Shown here one piece after another: positions 1-12,367 of a DNA stretch of 64,000 nt. The DNA comes from Lama guanicoe (taxonomy: Eukaryota), in NCBI GenBank assembly GCA_013239625.1, contig MU053652.1:558001-622000 (forward strand). Direction: 5' to 3'. Position 1 is the first letter of the stretch. Each line of letters opens with the position of its first letter. The notes under the pieces are model-generated. The model made no database searches. It was not told the origin of the DNA and was given only the letters and a program-made list of their open reading frames with translations. The position numbers and the translations under genes are program-made.

Positions 1-480
1 GACAGCATATACACTGGATGTGATATGCAGCGAAAGGCACTTTACTGTGGTTTTCCTCCCAAAAACACACCCTCTCAGTCAAATCGCTAGAAAAACAGCA
101 GATTAACCATATTGCACGATAGTCTACAACACATCTAACCTGCTGTCAAGGTGCTTTGAAGAAAGGAAAGTCTGAGAAACTGTTACATCCAAGAGGAGCC
201 AAAGGAGAAAGGACAACTGAACATAACGTGGTACCCTGGGTGGGATCTGGGAACAGAGGACGTTAGGTAAGAAACTACGCAATCTGAGTAAAGTATGGAC
301 TTTAATGAACAAGAATGTATCAATACTGGCTCATTAACTGTAACAAATTCACCACACTAATATAGGATATTAATAACAGGGGAAACGGGGTATAGGATGT
401 GTAGGAACTGTATTATCTTTGCAGCTTTTCTGTAAATGTAAAATTTCTCTAAATGAACTGCTTATTTAAAAAATAATATT
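1..480 (+). mobile_element. Old L1 3' end (L1MC-like)
   Basis: Recalled consensus motifs aaggaaagtctgagaaactg, ccaagaggagcc, aaagtatggacttt, gtatcaatactggctcattaactgtaacaaa, ttttctgtaaatgtaaaa. Confidence 0.8.
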
Positions 481-1965
481 TAAAGCTACTTTCCTTGGCC
501 AACAAAATAGGTTCACTTTTACCCGATCCCTGACTGTAAGCCAGAGGACATCCTTCAACACAACTGCTGGCAATCTCCATTTTACCCGTTAGCAAATGAG
601 CGCCTACTATGTGTCAGAAGTTTCTTTCGGCTCTAAAGCAAAACTCTAAAAGGATGGAAGCAAAGGGGATATTTCTTATTTGAGAGATAAGAAATTCACA
701 CACCATCCGGCCCACTCGCGCTTTTTCCGGCGAAGTCTTGGGAAGCCCCGGGCGAACACAGCAAGCAAGGTCACCAGAGCACTTCTGCAAGCACCTGATA
801 GGCAGCCATGACCTTGGAACGACCGAGGGGAGAACAAATTAAAAAAATGCTTTGTGGAATAAAAAGGAAGAAGCAATTAAGCTCCTGCGGTTGAAATGGG
901 GCAAAGAGAAGTAGTGTGTGTCCAGTAAGAAGCGGTACAGAATGGCTCTCCTTGAAGTGCAGCTATCTGAATTTGACTTTGTAGCTATTTGCAAGTGAAT
1001 ACTCAGGGTATTCTGGACTCCAAAGATATGCCCATCCATCATGGGAATAGCTGTAACTATGGAGGGGAAAAAAAAAAGCAGATAAAAATGAGGAAGAAAA
1101 AGAAAAGGAAACTAGAAGCTGAGATGGATTTTTTTCCCCTCCTCAAAAGACTTTTCCAATACGTACAATCCCAAAAGGACATAATGACATAGATAACCTG
1201 TTAATGAGCTAGCTGCGTGTTGCCTTTTCCCCAAAGCAAGACTTTAACTGACAGAGCTGCAGTGTCTAAAAAGGTAATAAAGGAGAAATGTACAGCTTAA
1301 TCTTTAAACAAACACGAACATGCTGCAGCCAAATGGCTGCTCTTGTGGACAGAGGTGATGAAGGAACCCGTCCAGTCACTGCCTGTGAGGGCTCCGAGAG
1401 GGAAACCCAGTGAAGATTCATCCCAGAGCACAATACTTACCCCAGAAAGTAAGCCCGCCTGCTTCGTCTGGACAATTATGACAATCAGTCAAAAGAATGA
1501 CTAACTCGGAGCAAAAGGTTAGGACTCAACAAACCTCAGGCAGCCGTGAGGTTACTACCTGAAGCTTCTGCCTGGAGAGAAACACTCGCTAGAAACTTTG
1601 TCTTCCTTTGAGAGCTCGATTCCTGGATGACTAGATCCCTGCCTTGGCTGGTCTCTGACCCCAGGCTCTCTGCCCTCTGAACTACCAAAGCATCCATTAG
1701 AGTGTGCCCCTTTGCAACTCTGTACCTCTGCCCACTTTGGAAGGAAACAGTTCCATCAAAATTTCAGACCTCCATGAGAGCTCTGTGTCTCATTAACCTT
1801 ACTTTTCACTCTACAGCCCGTCACTCACCCAGGCTGATCTGTCTCAAGAACACCCCTTTGGTGTCTTCACTTAACATTATTTGGGTCACTGTCTACTCAG
1901 CTGTCTCCATTTCTACATATACCACAATGCCCAGGTCAGGACCTACTCCTTGCCTAAAGTTTCTT

Positions 1966-2121
1966 TAAAAAAAAAAAATAATAAATAATTTATTTATTTT
2001 TATTGGTTTGGGGGGGAGATAATTAGGTTTATTTATTTACTTATTTAATGGAGGTACTGGTGATTAAACCCAGGACCTCATGCGTGCTAAGCATGCACTC
2101 TCCCACTGAGCTCTACCTTCC
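1966..2121 (-). mobile_element. tRNA-Ala-derived SINE (camelid Vic-1-like), long-tail form
   Basis: Minus strand reads AGCTCAGTGG (A box)...GCTTAGCACGCATGAGGTCCTGGGTTTAATCACCAGTACCTCCA followed by an AT-rich tail. Perfect 18-bp TSD ccttgcctaaagtttctt at 1948-1965 and 2122-2139. Confidence 0.9.
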
Positions 2122-3698
2122 CCTTGCCTAAAGTTTCTTGAATTCTGTAGCCCTTAGCTGAATCCTCAACTCCTGAAATGCAATGCTTCTGAACCATCAC
2201 ACTCAGTGTTCAGTTATAAAACTGCCCTCTACAGTTCTCACGTTTGTGGATGTGTGGCATTCTGACTTCTAACTAATCTGGAAGTGACTGAGAAGTGGGA
2301 GTCATGCTTTAAATTTCTTCTGTATCTCCACACCTTCCTGTCCAGTGATAACACAAAGCAGGCGTTTAATGAGTCAACATTTATCATTTAGTTTTATTAG
2401 AATTTCAACAGTGGAAATTACTCAACAGTGTCATGTCACTCTTGTTATAGCAGATGTATTGGATTTTCACCAGCCCATCTTAGAGTGACTAAGCTAAGAT
2501 AAAGTACATGCAAGTTTTTAAGGAGGACAGGATCCTTGAAAAGCATGAAGAAAAACAGCTGCTTTATTTGAACAGTTAATCTTAAAGGGCCATTTAACTT
2601 TCAAGCTGAGACAGTCTTAGAGATAGTCTTATTTCTCTCTCTTCCTCTTCTCACTAGAACATCTCTAAGCCAGAGCTGCGACATCCAGACAGGGCAAAAA
2701 TTACTTAGGATAGGAACCTCCAAAATTCCCCAAGAACAGCAGTTCTCTGTCTACACTCATCTGGCTCCTACCAGTAATCTCGCCAGATCAGCAATTCTGC
2801 TGCTCCCAAGAATGATAACTGTCATTTGCTGGGGCTGTTGAGCCAGCCTTTTCTCCTTGGTATCTTTTGATGGGATGCTCTTCCTCTTCTCTAGTGTTTA
2901 AAGAAAAGAAATAAACCTGAAGATGCCTCTGTGAGCAAGTAAAGTCAAATATATTTCAGGGAAAGGCAGCTCTCTAAAGATCTAAGCGACAGAGTGTTAA
3001 TGTGGTTCAGTCCCTGTCAGCAGATCTGTCGTAAGTCATTACCTTCTCTCCTGCTTATTCACCAAGGAGTGGGCCAAGGCAAGATCAAAACAGACAGCAG
3101 CCAATCAACGTATCAAAATACTCACCCCCAAATAAGCCCTGTTTCACAGAACAGTCTAGGTGACAACTAAGATGGCCATCGGTGGGTCTGCCTTTACTTA
3201 GATAGAAAGTAAATTCAGAATCCTACTTTAAAACCCAGGGCTTATCCCTATATTGATGTCACTCTGTAATAGCATGGTACTCAGGCAAGTTTCTCAGTCC
3301 CAAGCAAAGCTGGTAAACAAATGTTACTAACTGTAATTACTTTCTCATTCAGCAGTCCCTCATGACTCCTCTATCCCTGGGGATAAGCCCTTCCAGCCTG
3401 TTCTTTTTCAACTGACCTCATAACCCAGATATCATAAATGAATTCTTGAAAAGTTGCATCTAAATTAAAATCTGTCCCAAACACATTAGGAGAATTGATG
3501 GATTGCTGAAGAAAACATTTGGAATTTTAACTGACTTCAAAAAATAGAAACTTGAGATCATTATTCATGTAGAATGTACAGGGTTGGTTGCAGATGATTT
3601 TCTGCAGACAAAAGAAAAACAATTTCTTCATTTCTAGCCCCTCTGGGCTTTCTCCAAAAGCCCAGCTGGCTATACTATACGGAAATCAGTTTAAATAA

Positions 3699-3714
3699 AC
3701 ACACACACACACAC
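3699..3714. repeat. (AC)8 microsatellite
   Basis: Read directly. Confidence 0.9.
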
Positions 3715-4649
3715 CTCTTTTCTTTGCCCCTCTTCTTGATTGGCAAAAAGCTACTTACAGAAGTCTAGTTAACCTGAAAATTTCTAAGAAAACCAGCCAA
3801 CTAGACAGGAAGATCCTATTTCTTCTTCATCCAGAGATAAGACTATAAAGATATTTGTAAAAATTCAAGTTGATCACATTGTGTGCCTATTCTGCTTGTA
3901 TGTAAAAACCATCTCTCATTTGCTCACTCCTCAGCCTTTTTCATCAACAGTTATGAGGACAAGTTCCCTGGTAGCATCATGTCAATAAAGGCAGTACTTA
4001 TAGATTAAGCACAAGCATGAGCTGGTCAATTTCTTGTTCCACGACACCATTTAAAGGAAGCGTTTGGATGGGTATGTTTAGAAATTGAGCACTCTTAACA
4101 AACCAACTACTTTCCCACTTAATTTATTTCTATTTATGTCCAGATTTTCTAAGTAAGATATCAAAAACCTATGAACACCAGGGTAAAGAGCTTAGGGAAT
4201 GACTGGGAGTTTATTTCTGGGATGGCTGAAGAAGAATTCAAATTACCAGGTTTGGTTGTGCTATGAAACAAATTCAAAAGAGTGCTAATTATAGAATCTG
4301 GATGGCCGAGTATGTGGGCCTTTTCCCCCCAATCCTTCTGGATGTTTCAAATATTTTTATGACAAACTGTAGGAAAAAACTGACAGGTTTTTATGTTGGT
4401 TGTCTAACAGTACATGAAACAAACTGTTGGGGAAAACTGGTGAAGCCTTTCATTTAATGGGAAATATTTTTTCATTTCTGTAGGTGTTTTCTTAGCATCG
4501 TTCCCTTTAATAGTAATGGATTTTCTGACTGATCATGTGGGTATGTGGATCAATAGTAATAACAGTTATGAGACAACAAGTCAACATGCAGGGCAGTTCA
4601 GAAGGTCCTGCTGAATCCATGACCCCACTGCACTCCCGACCTTAGTCTT

Positions 4650-4790
4650 ACAAGGTAGTTTGAGCCAGCATCATTCTCGTTTTACAGATGAGGGAAGTGA
4701 GGCTCAGGGAAGATCAGTGACTTGGGCCCATCTAAGAGCACTGAACTGACAAGAAGACCAGATCCCCGTTTTAAAGCCTTTTCCCACCAT
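4650..4790 (-). mobile_element. MIR fragment
   Basis: Core ttttacagatgagggaagtgaggctcagggaagatcagtgacttg. Confidence 0.8.
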
Positions 4791-5866
4791 TCAGTGATGA
4801 AATTTACATCAGTGATTTTCCGGAATGGTGACCAAGAATAACAACAAAAATTTTACAAAAGATAAGATGTATTACACTAGTAAGAGAATTAATAATACAA
4901 TTTGAAGACACAGATGAATGCTATGAGATTCTTAAAGTCCCCATTAATATGGAAAGATTTCATTTGCTCAGCTGTCTCAGAAGTAAACAGGTGAGTGCTG
5001 AAAGTCACAGTGACAATCTAAACAAAGACAAGAACAAAGGCATCTTCTACTCCATCTTCTTGGATAAAACCTGAAGCAGCCACTAGTGGTTGATTTGAGC
5101 CCCTCCTTGTGTCATGATGAGGTCAAACAATATTGCTAATGAATAAAGTAAAATTCAAAGAAAATAAAAACTGCACACTGTGTAAGTTAGTATTTCTTGA
5201 GGTTTAGATACACACTTTAGAATCAGATTAGACTCTAAGGCTTCTTGGTTCTAAGACTTATTTTAGCACGGTAAGACCATTAACACCACCTCTCAGAGCT
5301 TACAGGAGAGGGGGAAAAAGTCAATTGATCAGCTCTCTTTTCAACCTAATGATTTCATGATGACTTCCAGCAGACCTTAAATGGGACTAATCTATTTAGG
5401 CTGATAAAAGCTGAATCTATTCTGTACCACGGGCTGCAATGAAAACAACTGGCCTTAATGCAAATACTGCTTAAATCTAGCATTCTTCATATTAACATAA
5501 TTTGATATGATGAAAACAATATGCTGTTGCTGCTGGCCACACTTCCCTGGGAAACCAGCAAGAGGTTACTGGCAGTACTCTGGCCTAGCTGGGGAGATAA
5601 TAGGTTTGGGCATCAGTGTAATTATCTCCGGCAAATCAGCATACTGTAAGCAGCTGTGTCTACCAACCTTCAGTAAGGCTTAACTGGAGCTCCAGCAATC
5701 ACTCAGCCAACCAAAAACTTCCATTTGGAACCTTGCTGACACCAGAATTCAGGCCATATCACCTTAACAGCAATACTTCTACAATGCTTCCTGCTAGAGG
5801 GTATTCAAGAAAAATAAAGCAAGTTGAACCTGTCTCATTCCATATAATTTGCTTCCAATTGTTAGC

Positions 5867-6280
5867 TATAGTGGGTTGAATAGTGTTCTCTCAAAATTTC
5901 ATATGCAATCTCAGAACCATGACCTTACTTGGAAATAGGGTCTTTGCCGTGGTAATTAAGGTAAGAGTTGAGATGAGATCATGTTGGGGTTAGAGTGGGC
6001 CCTAAATCCAAAGAAAGCATCCTTATAAGAGCCAGAAAAGGAAAAATGCAGAACACAGGAGAAGACCCCGTTAAGACAGAGGCAGAGATCAGAGTCATGC
6101 TTCCAGAAGCCCTGAAGAGTCAGGACCACCAGAAGGCAGGAGAAGCAAGGACGGGTCCTCCTCTAGGGCCCTGGAGGGAATGTAGCCCCTGTGCTCCACA
6201 CTGTGAGACAATACATTTCCGTTGTTTTCAGCCACCAAGGCTGTGGTAATTTGTTATGACTGCCCCAGGAAACTAACATA
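5867..6280 (+). mobile_element. MaLR solo LTR (MLT1B/C-like)
   Basis: Starts tatagtgggttgaatagtgt, contains gaccttacttggaaatagggtctttgc, ends gtggtaatttgttatgactgccccaggaaactaacata. 5-bp TSD ttagc/ctagc (4/5). Confidence 0.9.
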
Positions 6281-6699
6281 CTAGCTTTAACAGCTGGAAA
6301 TACTGCATGCCACTTTTGCTGCTAACAAATGATCAGTGAGTTGGCAAACTCCAGGAAAAAGAGAAAGGGGGTAAAACAGTATCATCTCTTGCTGTCACAC
6401 CAGGGCAGTGTGGGCAGAACACACGAGTTACAAGGTGGTGCCAGAGTACGAAGAACAGGAATGAGTAAGCGGCAAGTGAGTGATGAGAAAAGATGCAGGG
6501 TGAAATCCAGACAGAGATGGCAGCGGCAGAGACGCAGAGTTGGCAGACGCCAGAAGTCTGTACAGGTGAGAGTCAGCGGGCAGGTAACAGCTATCAGAGC
6601 AGTCAGTGCTGAGATCCACGCAGATGGGACCCAGGAAGGGAAGGAGATATGTTTTACAGTCGTTACTCCATCTCAACATTAGAAATGATTCCTATGTCC

Positions 6700-6840
6700 C
6701 TATGACACATATTCTATTATTTTTGTTTTACGAAGGAGGAAGCAGGTACAGAGAGGTTAGTGATTTGGGCCTGACCACAAAATTATCAATTGAAATGTCT
6801 GGGATTTAAATGTACTTGTATCTGAGGCTAAGGCTTACAT
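6700..6840 (-). mobile_element. MIR fragment
   Basis: ttttacgaaggaggaagcaggtacagagaggttagtgatttg...ctgggatttaaa. Confidence 0.65.
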
Positions 6841-6964
6841 AGCAAGCTTAGCTCAAAAACAGAGCCCTCTTGTTATACACCTTACTGAATTAAACAATGC
6901 TTCAATCATAATTTTTTGGTACTTCCTCTCAGGGCAGTCACTGATTCAATGGAATAGAAAGATC

Positions 6965-7127
6965 CAGGCTAGCAATACTAATTCTGGTTGCAGAGTTGGG
7001 ATCATGGATCATTTGGGCAGCTTATAAAACTTGGATGCCCAGGCCCCACCCCTGATCTGGGCTGGGATCTGGCTGTTTTCAGAAAGGGCCTGGGTGATTC
7101 TAGTGGGTACTGTCTTTGAGACCTGTG
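6965..7127. mobile_element. hAT-Charlie MITE (MER5A-like)
   Basis: gatgcccaggccccacccc...ggtgattctagtg...tttgagacc. Confidence 0.65.
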
Positions 7128-7653
7128 GCTCATACCCCTCGAGGTAGCAATGGCAACTGTAGGGGTGGAGGAAGAGATGAGACGGTGGGGTGTGTAGGCT
7201 GCCCCGAACCATTCCACTGCTCAGAAGTACTCCGACACATACTGGGGTGATGAGGGAAAGGAAAATATGCTTTAAATGTTTCAAGACTGCCTACAATTTT
7301 CACTTGCAGGGTTGACGTTTTTTCCTCCCAGGAGACAGGGATTGAAGCCTAAGCATTAGGAAAGCTGTCTCTGTCTCACATTGCCCTACGTGAGCCAGAA
7401 AATGTACGTTCATCCTGTGTTTGGAAAGTACTTTGCAAAATTCAGCAATGTGCTAGACTAGGAAGTAGCTTCTGCTGCTGCCATAAATATTGTTTTTACA
7501 ATTTCTGGGCCTGCATGAAACCGAGCTGAATAGCTTTTTTAAGTAACCGTGTTGTTCACCGCAAGGCTAAGGGCCCAGAGCGTTAGGTCCTGTTTCCTAA
7601 CCTCCAGCTGGAAATGGCGGTGTTATTAAAAGGCAACGCTTCTCAAACTTTAG

Positions 7654-7787
7654 TTGCAGATACTAACTACGATATGAAAAACAGATAAACAACAAGGTCC
7701 TATGGTACAGCACAGGGAACTGTAGTCAATATCTTGTAACAGCCTATAATGGAAAAGAATATGAAAAGGAAGATAGATAGATGGATG

Positions 7788-7820
<33 letters not shown>
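7654..7820 (+). mobile_element. Cetartiodactyl/camelid-type L1 3'UTR fragment
   Basis: agataaacaacaaggtcctatggtacagcacagggaactgtagtcaatatcttgtaa...tataatggaaaagaatatgaaaa. Confidence 0.85.
7771..7819. repeat. Compound (GATA)n/(GATG)n tetranucleotide microsatellite
   Basis: agatagatagatggatggatagatagatag... read directly. Confidence 0.95.
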
Positions 7821-7821
<1 letters not shown>

Positions 7822-8402
7822 TTTTTAACTTAAACGTTGTCACAAATCTTAAACCCAAGACCATGAATCTTATACTGTGGGGGGAAAGCATGCAGACATG
7901 CCCCTGTACTTTTCATTCACTCATCCATTTATTCCACATGGCCTTCTCTACAGCAGGCACGCTTGCTGGAGCTGGAGATTTAGGAGAGAACCACCTGCAA
8001 CAAGTATCCAAGCTATTCCATCTGTTGGAAAGTGCCTTAGACACTGAGGCAAGAGAGGTGGTTAGCTCTTCACTTTTACTTCCCTGTGAGGCAATAAAGG
8101 GATTCGCATCTCTGACTCAGGTGAGGGTCTGGTTCCATTTCTGCCCCACCTCAATCTGTTATGAATTGATGCTTTTATAAAATAAATAAAAATGAATTAA
8201 TAGAAAAAAACTTTTAAAACCCACAAGGATAAAAACGCAAGTCCCAATTTTTTTATTACTAGAGTCAACAATGTCAGATTGCTTTTTAAAAAAACCCAGG
8301 AAAACAATGCTTACTCTCAAACTCTGGACATTTCCTAGCAGACTGGACACAAACAGCGTGCCGACAAGCATGCTCCTCAGGTTACACTTTGGGCAGAACT
8401 GG

Positions 8403-8640
8403 GTTAGAGCACGGACTCCGGGGTTAGGTCGCCTGGATATGAATTACAGTTCTAGTACTTGCTAGCTAGGTGACTGTGGGCAAGCTATTAACTTGTTTCT
8501 CTCAGTTTCCTCCCTATAATAGGAATACCACCTTCACAAAGCTGTTGTCAACGCATGTAAATATTTACAAGTCACTACACATAAAGCACTCAGAATAGTG
8601 TCTGGCTCATAGCAAACGCTACTAAAGTGTTTGTCACCAC
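8403..8640 (+). mobile_element. MIR, near full length
   Basis: gttagagcacggactc...gtgactgtgggcaagctattaac...ctcagtttcctc...aaagcactcagaatagtgtctggctcatagcaaacgct. Confidence 0.85.
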
Positions 8641-10204
8641 GACTACTGTTCGCTATGACGAGTGCTATCGTGACCACCATCACTGCTTCTCCTGGTACTG
8701 CCAGCAGCACACCGCTGTACCATTCTGGGCCAACACCAGCACAGTTGTTTCACCAACAAAACGGTGCTTGTTAGTTTCTTCCCAGATCCTGCCTTCCTTC
8801 CCTCCTGTGAATTCTGTGTCTAGAAAGTAAAATTACCAGCATGAAAGCATGCTATCGCCCAAGTAAATGCCCCGTTATGACTGACTGTCCACCTGCCCAA
8901 ATGCCATTTCAGAGAGGTAAGGACAAAGTGTCCTGGGGTTCTCTGCGTCTGCACATCATCGAATAAATACAAGCAGCACTGAGACAGCTGTCCGTCCACT
9001 CTCCCTGGAGAATCCAATTGGGCTGATGCTTTATGACACTGGGTGCTGCCCCAGGGGAAAGGCACAGTACTTTCTACCCTGTGACTAAACAACAGTCTAG
9101 CAGAGGGAATGACTTTGAAAGACATGTAACTGAATACTTAATCCACTTGCATCTTTCACACATACATATTTCTCCAAGCATCCTTCTTAACAATTGTTGT
9201 AGATTCTCAGCTAAAATGTGTGAGAATTATTTCTCAATTCTTTTTCTTTAGATTACTTACCTACAATTAGCTGAGAATAAAAATATCAAGGAGACACTGA
9301 AACACATTTAAGTAACAGTAAAACTTGACCATGGGAAATTATACCAGAAAACAATTTACAATCATTATAAAGCAAGAGATGTTCTCAAGATGGGAAAGGA
9401 AAAAAAACAACCATCTCTTCATTTGCTTTTTTAACTTTCATAACTCTGAGAATATAAAACAAATTTATTGATAAGGTCTAACTAATTCACATTCTCATAG
9501 AACTAAATTACGAAGAAAGAGAGGATAACAAAATAACCAAATAAGAAAGCAGGTGTTTCAGCTCTGAAAACAAATCTGATGTTTGATGAAAACAAGTTTG
9601 ATGGCCTTAGTTTTAAGATTTATCCACATACATACAATTATCACATGTTGACAAGGTCAAAGAGATGAGAGGTAAAGTCGGAGTTCTTACCTACCCTCAG
9701 AATGAAGTAACTGCCTGAAAGAACAAGAGGCATATTGACATGTACCAATGGCTGGTGATGAGGTTGGGAGCGGCCTGACAAGCACATCGGTAGACCGCCC
9801 AGAGATGTCACTTAGCCAGCAGTATGTGGCCCTGACATGGCCCAGACTACAGTCAGCTAGTTATGAGGTTTAATGTTTCTTTCTTACTCAAATTGAAAAT
9901 TGTCATGTTTAATAAGCCAGCATCTTTAGTTCCCAAGATTCACTCCGTAGTGCATTGTTTCTTTAATTCGGTACACTAAGCATATTAAAGTTGCGCTGAA
10001 TAACAGCACATAGCACGACACCTGAGGGAGATATATACTGAGAGGCTTTGTGATGGCGAGGAAATTAATGATACGGTCAGAGAGAAGATAAATGTAAACA
10101 AGTTTTTGTCACTCTCTATTTCTCATCTTCCCACTATGATTCTGTGGTTAAGACTCTCAAAACTTATTCACTGTGTCCATCCATCCACCACTACCAACTA
10201 CACA

Positions 10205-10990
10205 TACATACATTCATTCAACAAGCTATTTAGTGTCTTCCTACTGTCTGATACTGTACTATACTTTTGGAACTTAATTTCTAGTGGGAAAAGACAGAAA
10301 ATAAACAAGCTAGAAAATAAATAATTACAGTTGAGCTAAGAAGGAAAAAAAGTGAAATGTTAAAATAGTGACTAACTGGGGAGATTTATTCAGGATCCTA
10401 ACAAAAACCAGAATTCCATTCAGATGATTATCTCAAGAAATGTTAATGAAGAGATGATGTACAGAGGTATGGGCAGCACTGAAAGAAGCAACTAGAGATG
10501 CTGAGGCACCCAGAGACCAGTAACAGCAGGAAGCTATCATTAAGGGGCAAGGAGAAGAAATGGTGGTGTCAGAGTCCAGTGAGAGCTCGAGCCACGGAGG
10601 AAGTGTCACCTGGCAGGATCTCTGGTGATGGATGGGGGCACCTGAAGCCAGAACGATGATCCAAAGTGGAGAGGAAGGAGATAAGAGCCCCATCTCTTTC
10701 TCCTCTTACCCTCCAACCTCCTGCTAGTGCTTCCTATGGGCAGATTCTGATCATAAGCCACCCGGCAAGGGACTTTTGATGATACAGTCCATAGAGTTTG
10801 GCTTCAGTGTTGAGAACAGATTAGGGACAGGGGGCGAGGGGGAAGGGGAGAATGGAGACTAACCAAAGAAGGGTAGGATACTCAGGAAAAGCTTCCCTGG
10901 GGAAGTGACACTGAAACTGACACTCAGAGAAGATGCCAGCCATGCAAAGAGCCAAAGGAAGAGTAACCCAGCAGAGGGACCAGTGAGCAC
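10205..10990 (-). mobile_element. L2 3' fragment, split by an LTR
   Basis: cattcattcaacaagctatttagtgtc (L2 3' end). Resumes at ~10870 with tcaggaaaagcttccctggggaagtgacactgaaactg. Confidence 0.7.
10385..10868 (-). mobile_element. Old ERVL-class solo LTR (LTR33/LTR41-like)
   Basis: aactagagatgctgaggcacccagagaccagtaacagcaggaagc...ccctccaacctcctgctagtgcttcctatggg...gcaaggga...gatacagtccatag. Confidence 0.6.
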
Positions 10991-12147
10991 GAGTCTCTGC
11001 CATTTGCCCTTCTCTGCATCCCATACTCAGTACAGATCCCTCACTAGGCTCTAACACAGACTCACACCATCCAAATGAATGCTCTCCTATGTGTGGTGCT
11101 ATTATTCAAGTTCTGGGAGAAGCAAATGCCTCTATTCCACTTTCTGAATACCACAGAAGACTTTGCTTATAAAAAAAAAATGCTCATAACTAGGACGCTT
11201 CCCTAGGAAAGGCTTGGTATTTCTATAATTCTAATGTACAAGGAAGGAAAAATCAAGGAGGATATATGTAAAGGCAGGTAAGAGCAGACAACTGAAGCAG
11301 CTGTAACTCCTTTCCATTTATATAACTTCTCTTTGAAGAGCATGTCTCCCATTTTGACACATTCTCGTATCATGCAACTTAATGTAAGACTTACGTGCCC
11401 ATCATTCTCTTAAGTGAAGAAACATTATAAAAAGTCAATTACAATGCTATCATAGTTAATGCAGACCCGTAATTTAAATTCTTACTAATTTTCTTTTAGT
11501 TTTATTTTTACCTCCAAGTCATTGGCTTAAAGCATATAAAATAAATACCTTGAGCTTATTAATCCAAATATCTGACAAATTATTTTCTTCCTGTTGTCCA
11601 GAAACATTTTTTCTTTATACAGTGAAAGTAAAATTTTTATATTAAGAAGATCATCACCAGAATTAAATGATTTGACTTTTAAAAGCCAGTTTGCTAGGTC
11701 AGTTCAAATTCACTGTGAGCTAGCCAAATTATTTACAGTAAGTCAGCCCTCCAATGGTAGAGAGGGTTTACTGCTGGTCACTGAGGTTAGGCAGAATAAC
11801 TTCCTTCCTGTAAATCCTTAATACTCCAGGACACAGTCACCACCGGAAAGAGAATTCCTTTCAAGGACAAATTCCAGGCAAACAGTGAGGAGCTGTCTGC
11901 ATGTTAATGAGACTCACCATCTCCCATATTCAAGGCTAACCACCTTTTTCTTAAAGATCTTCAGGAATTTCCATTATCTCTACATTAGTCCTTAATTTCC
12001 CTAGTGCCTATTTAATTTATTTCCTCTTGTTTTGTCCCCGATGAATATGGAAACAGATGGTAATTTTTTTTCTTTTTTCAATCTGTGACTCTTGCCAAGT
12101 CAATGAACACTGCTGATAAAAACAGTAAGTGCAGGGAACGTTATTAC

Positions 12148-12367
12148 CTGTAGGAGAGGCCGCTGCACCCCCAGCCCTTTCATGGTGTCTGCATTAGCGA
12201 GGATCTTCAAGGGATCAGACGTTTTAGTGACTCCTTCAATCTCCTTGTTGATCTCAGCCAAGACTTGATTGAGGAAGATGTTTTTGATGTACACGGTGAG
12301 AAACTCTCGAAGAGGACACTGTTTGGCTGGGCCAAGTCCCAGGGCATGCTCTATCTCCTGAATAAAT
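12148..12367 (-). CDS. EXOC4: Internal coding exon of exocyst complex component 4 (SEC8); probably orthologous to human exon 11
   Basis: Translation (R)[73 protein letters not shown] is recognised as EXOC4. Acceptor ttgtgctttgtcttccag|A at 12368/12367, donor CAG|gtaata at 12148/12147. Length 220 bp = 1 nt completing a split Arg codon + 73 codons. The ORF-track extensions on either side are intronic read-through. Confidence 0.97.

Larger units (their letters stand above)
1..12147 (-). other. EXOC4: EXOC4 intron downstream of the exon (partial)
   Basis: Begins at the GT donor at 12147. No further EXOC4 peptide is recognisable in the ORF track. Confidence 0.85.

Noticed and set aside
6329..6682. 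117-aa K/R-rich ORF
   Set aside because: No recognisable homology or gene context; explained by purine-rich composition.
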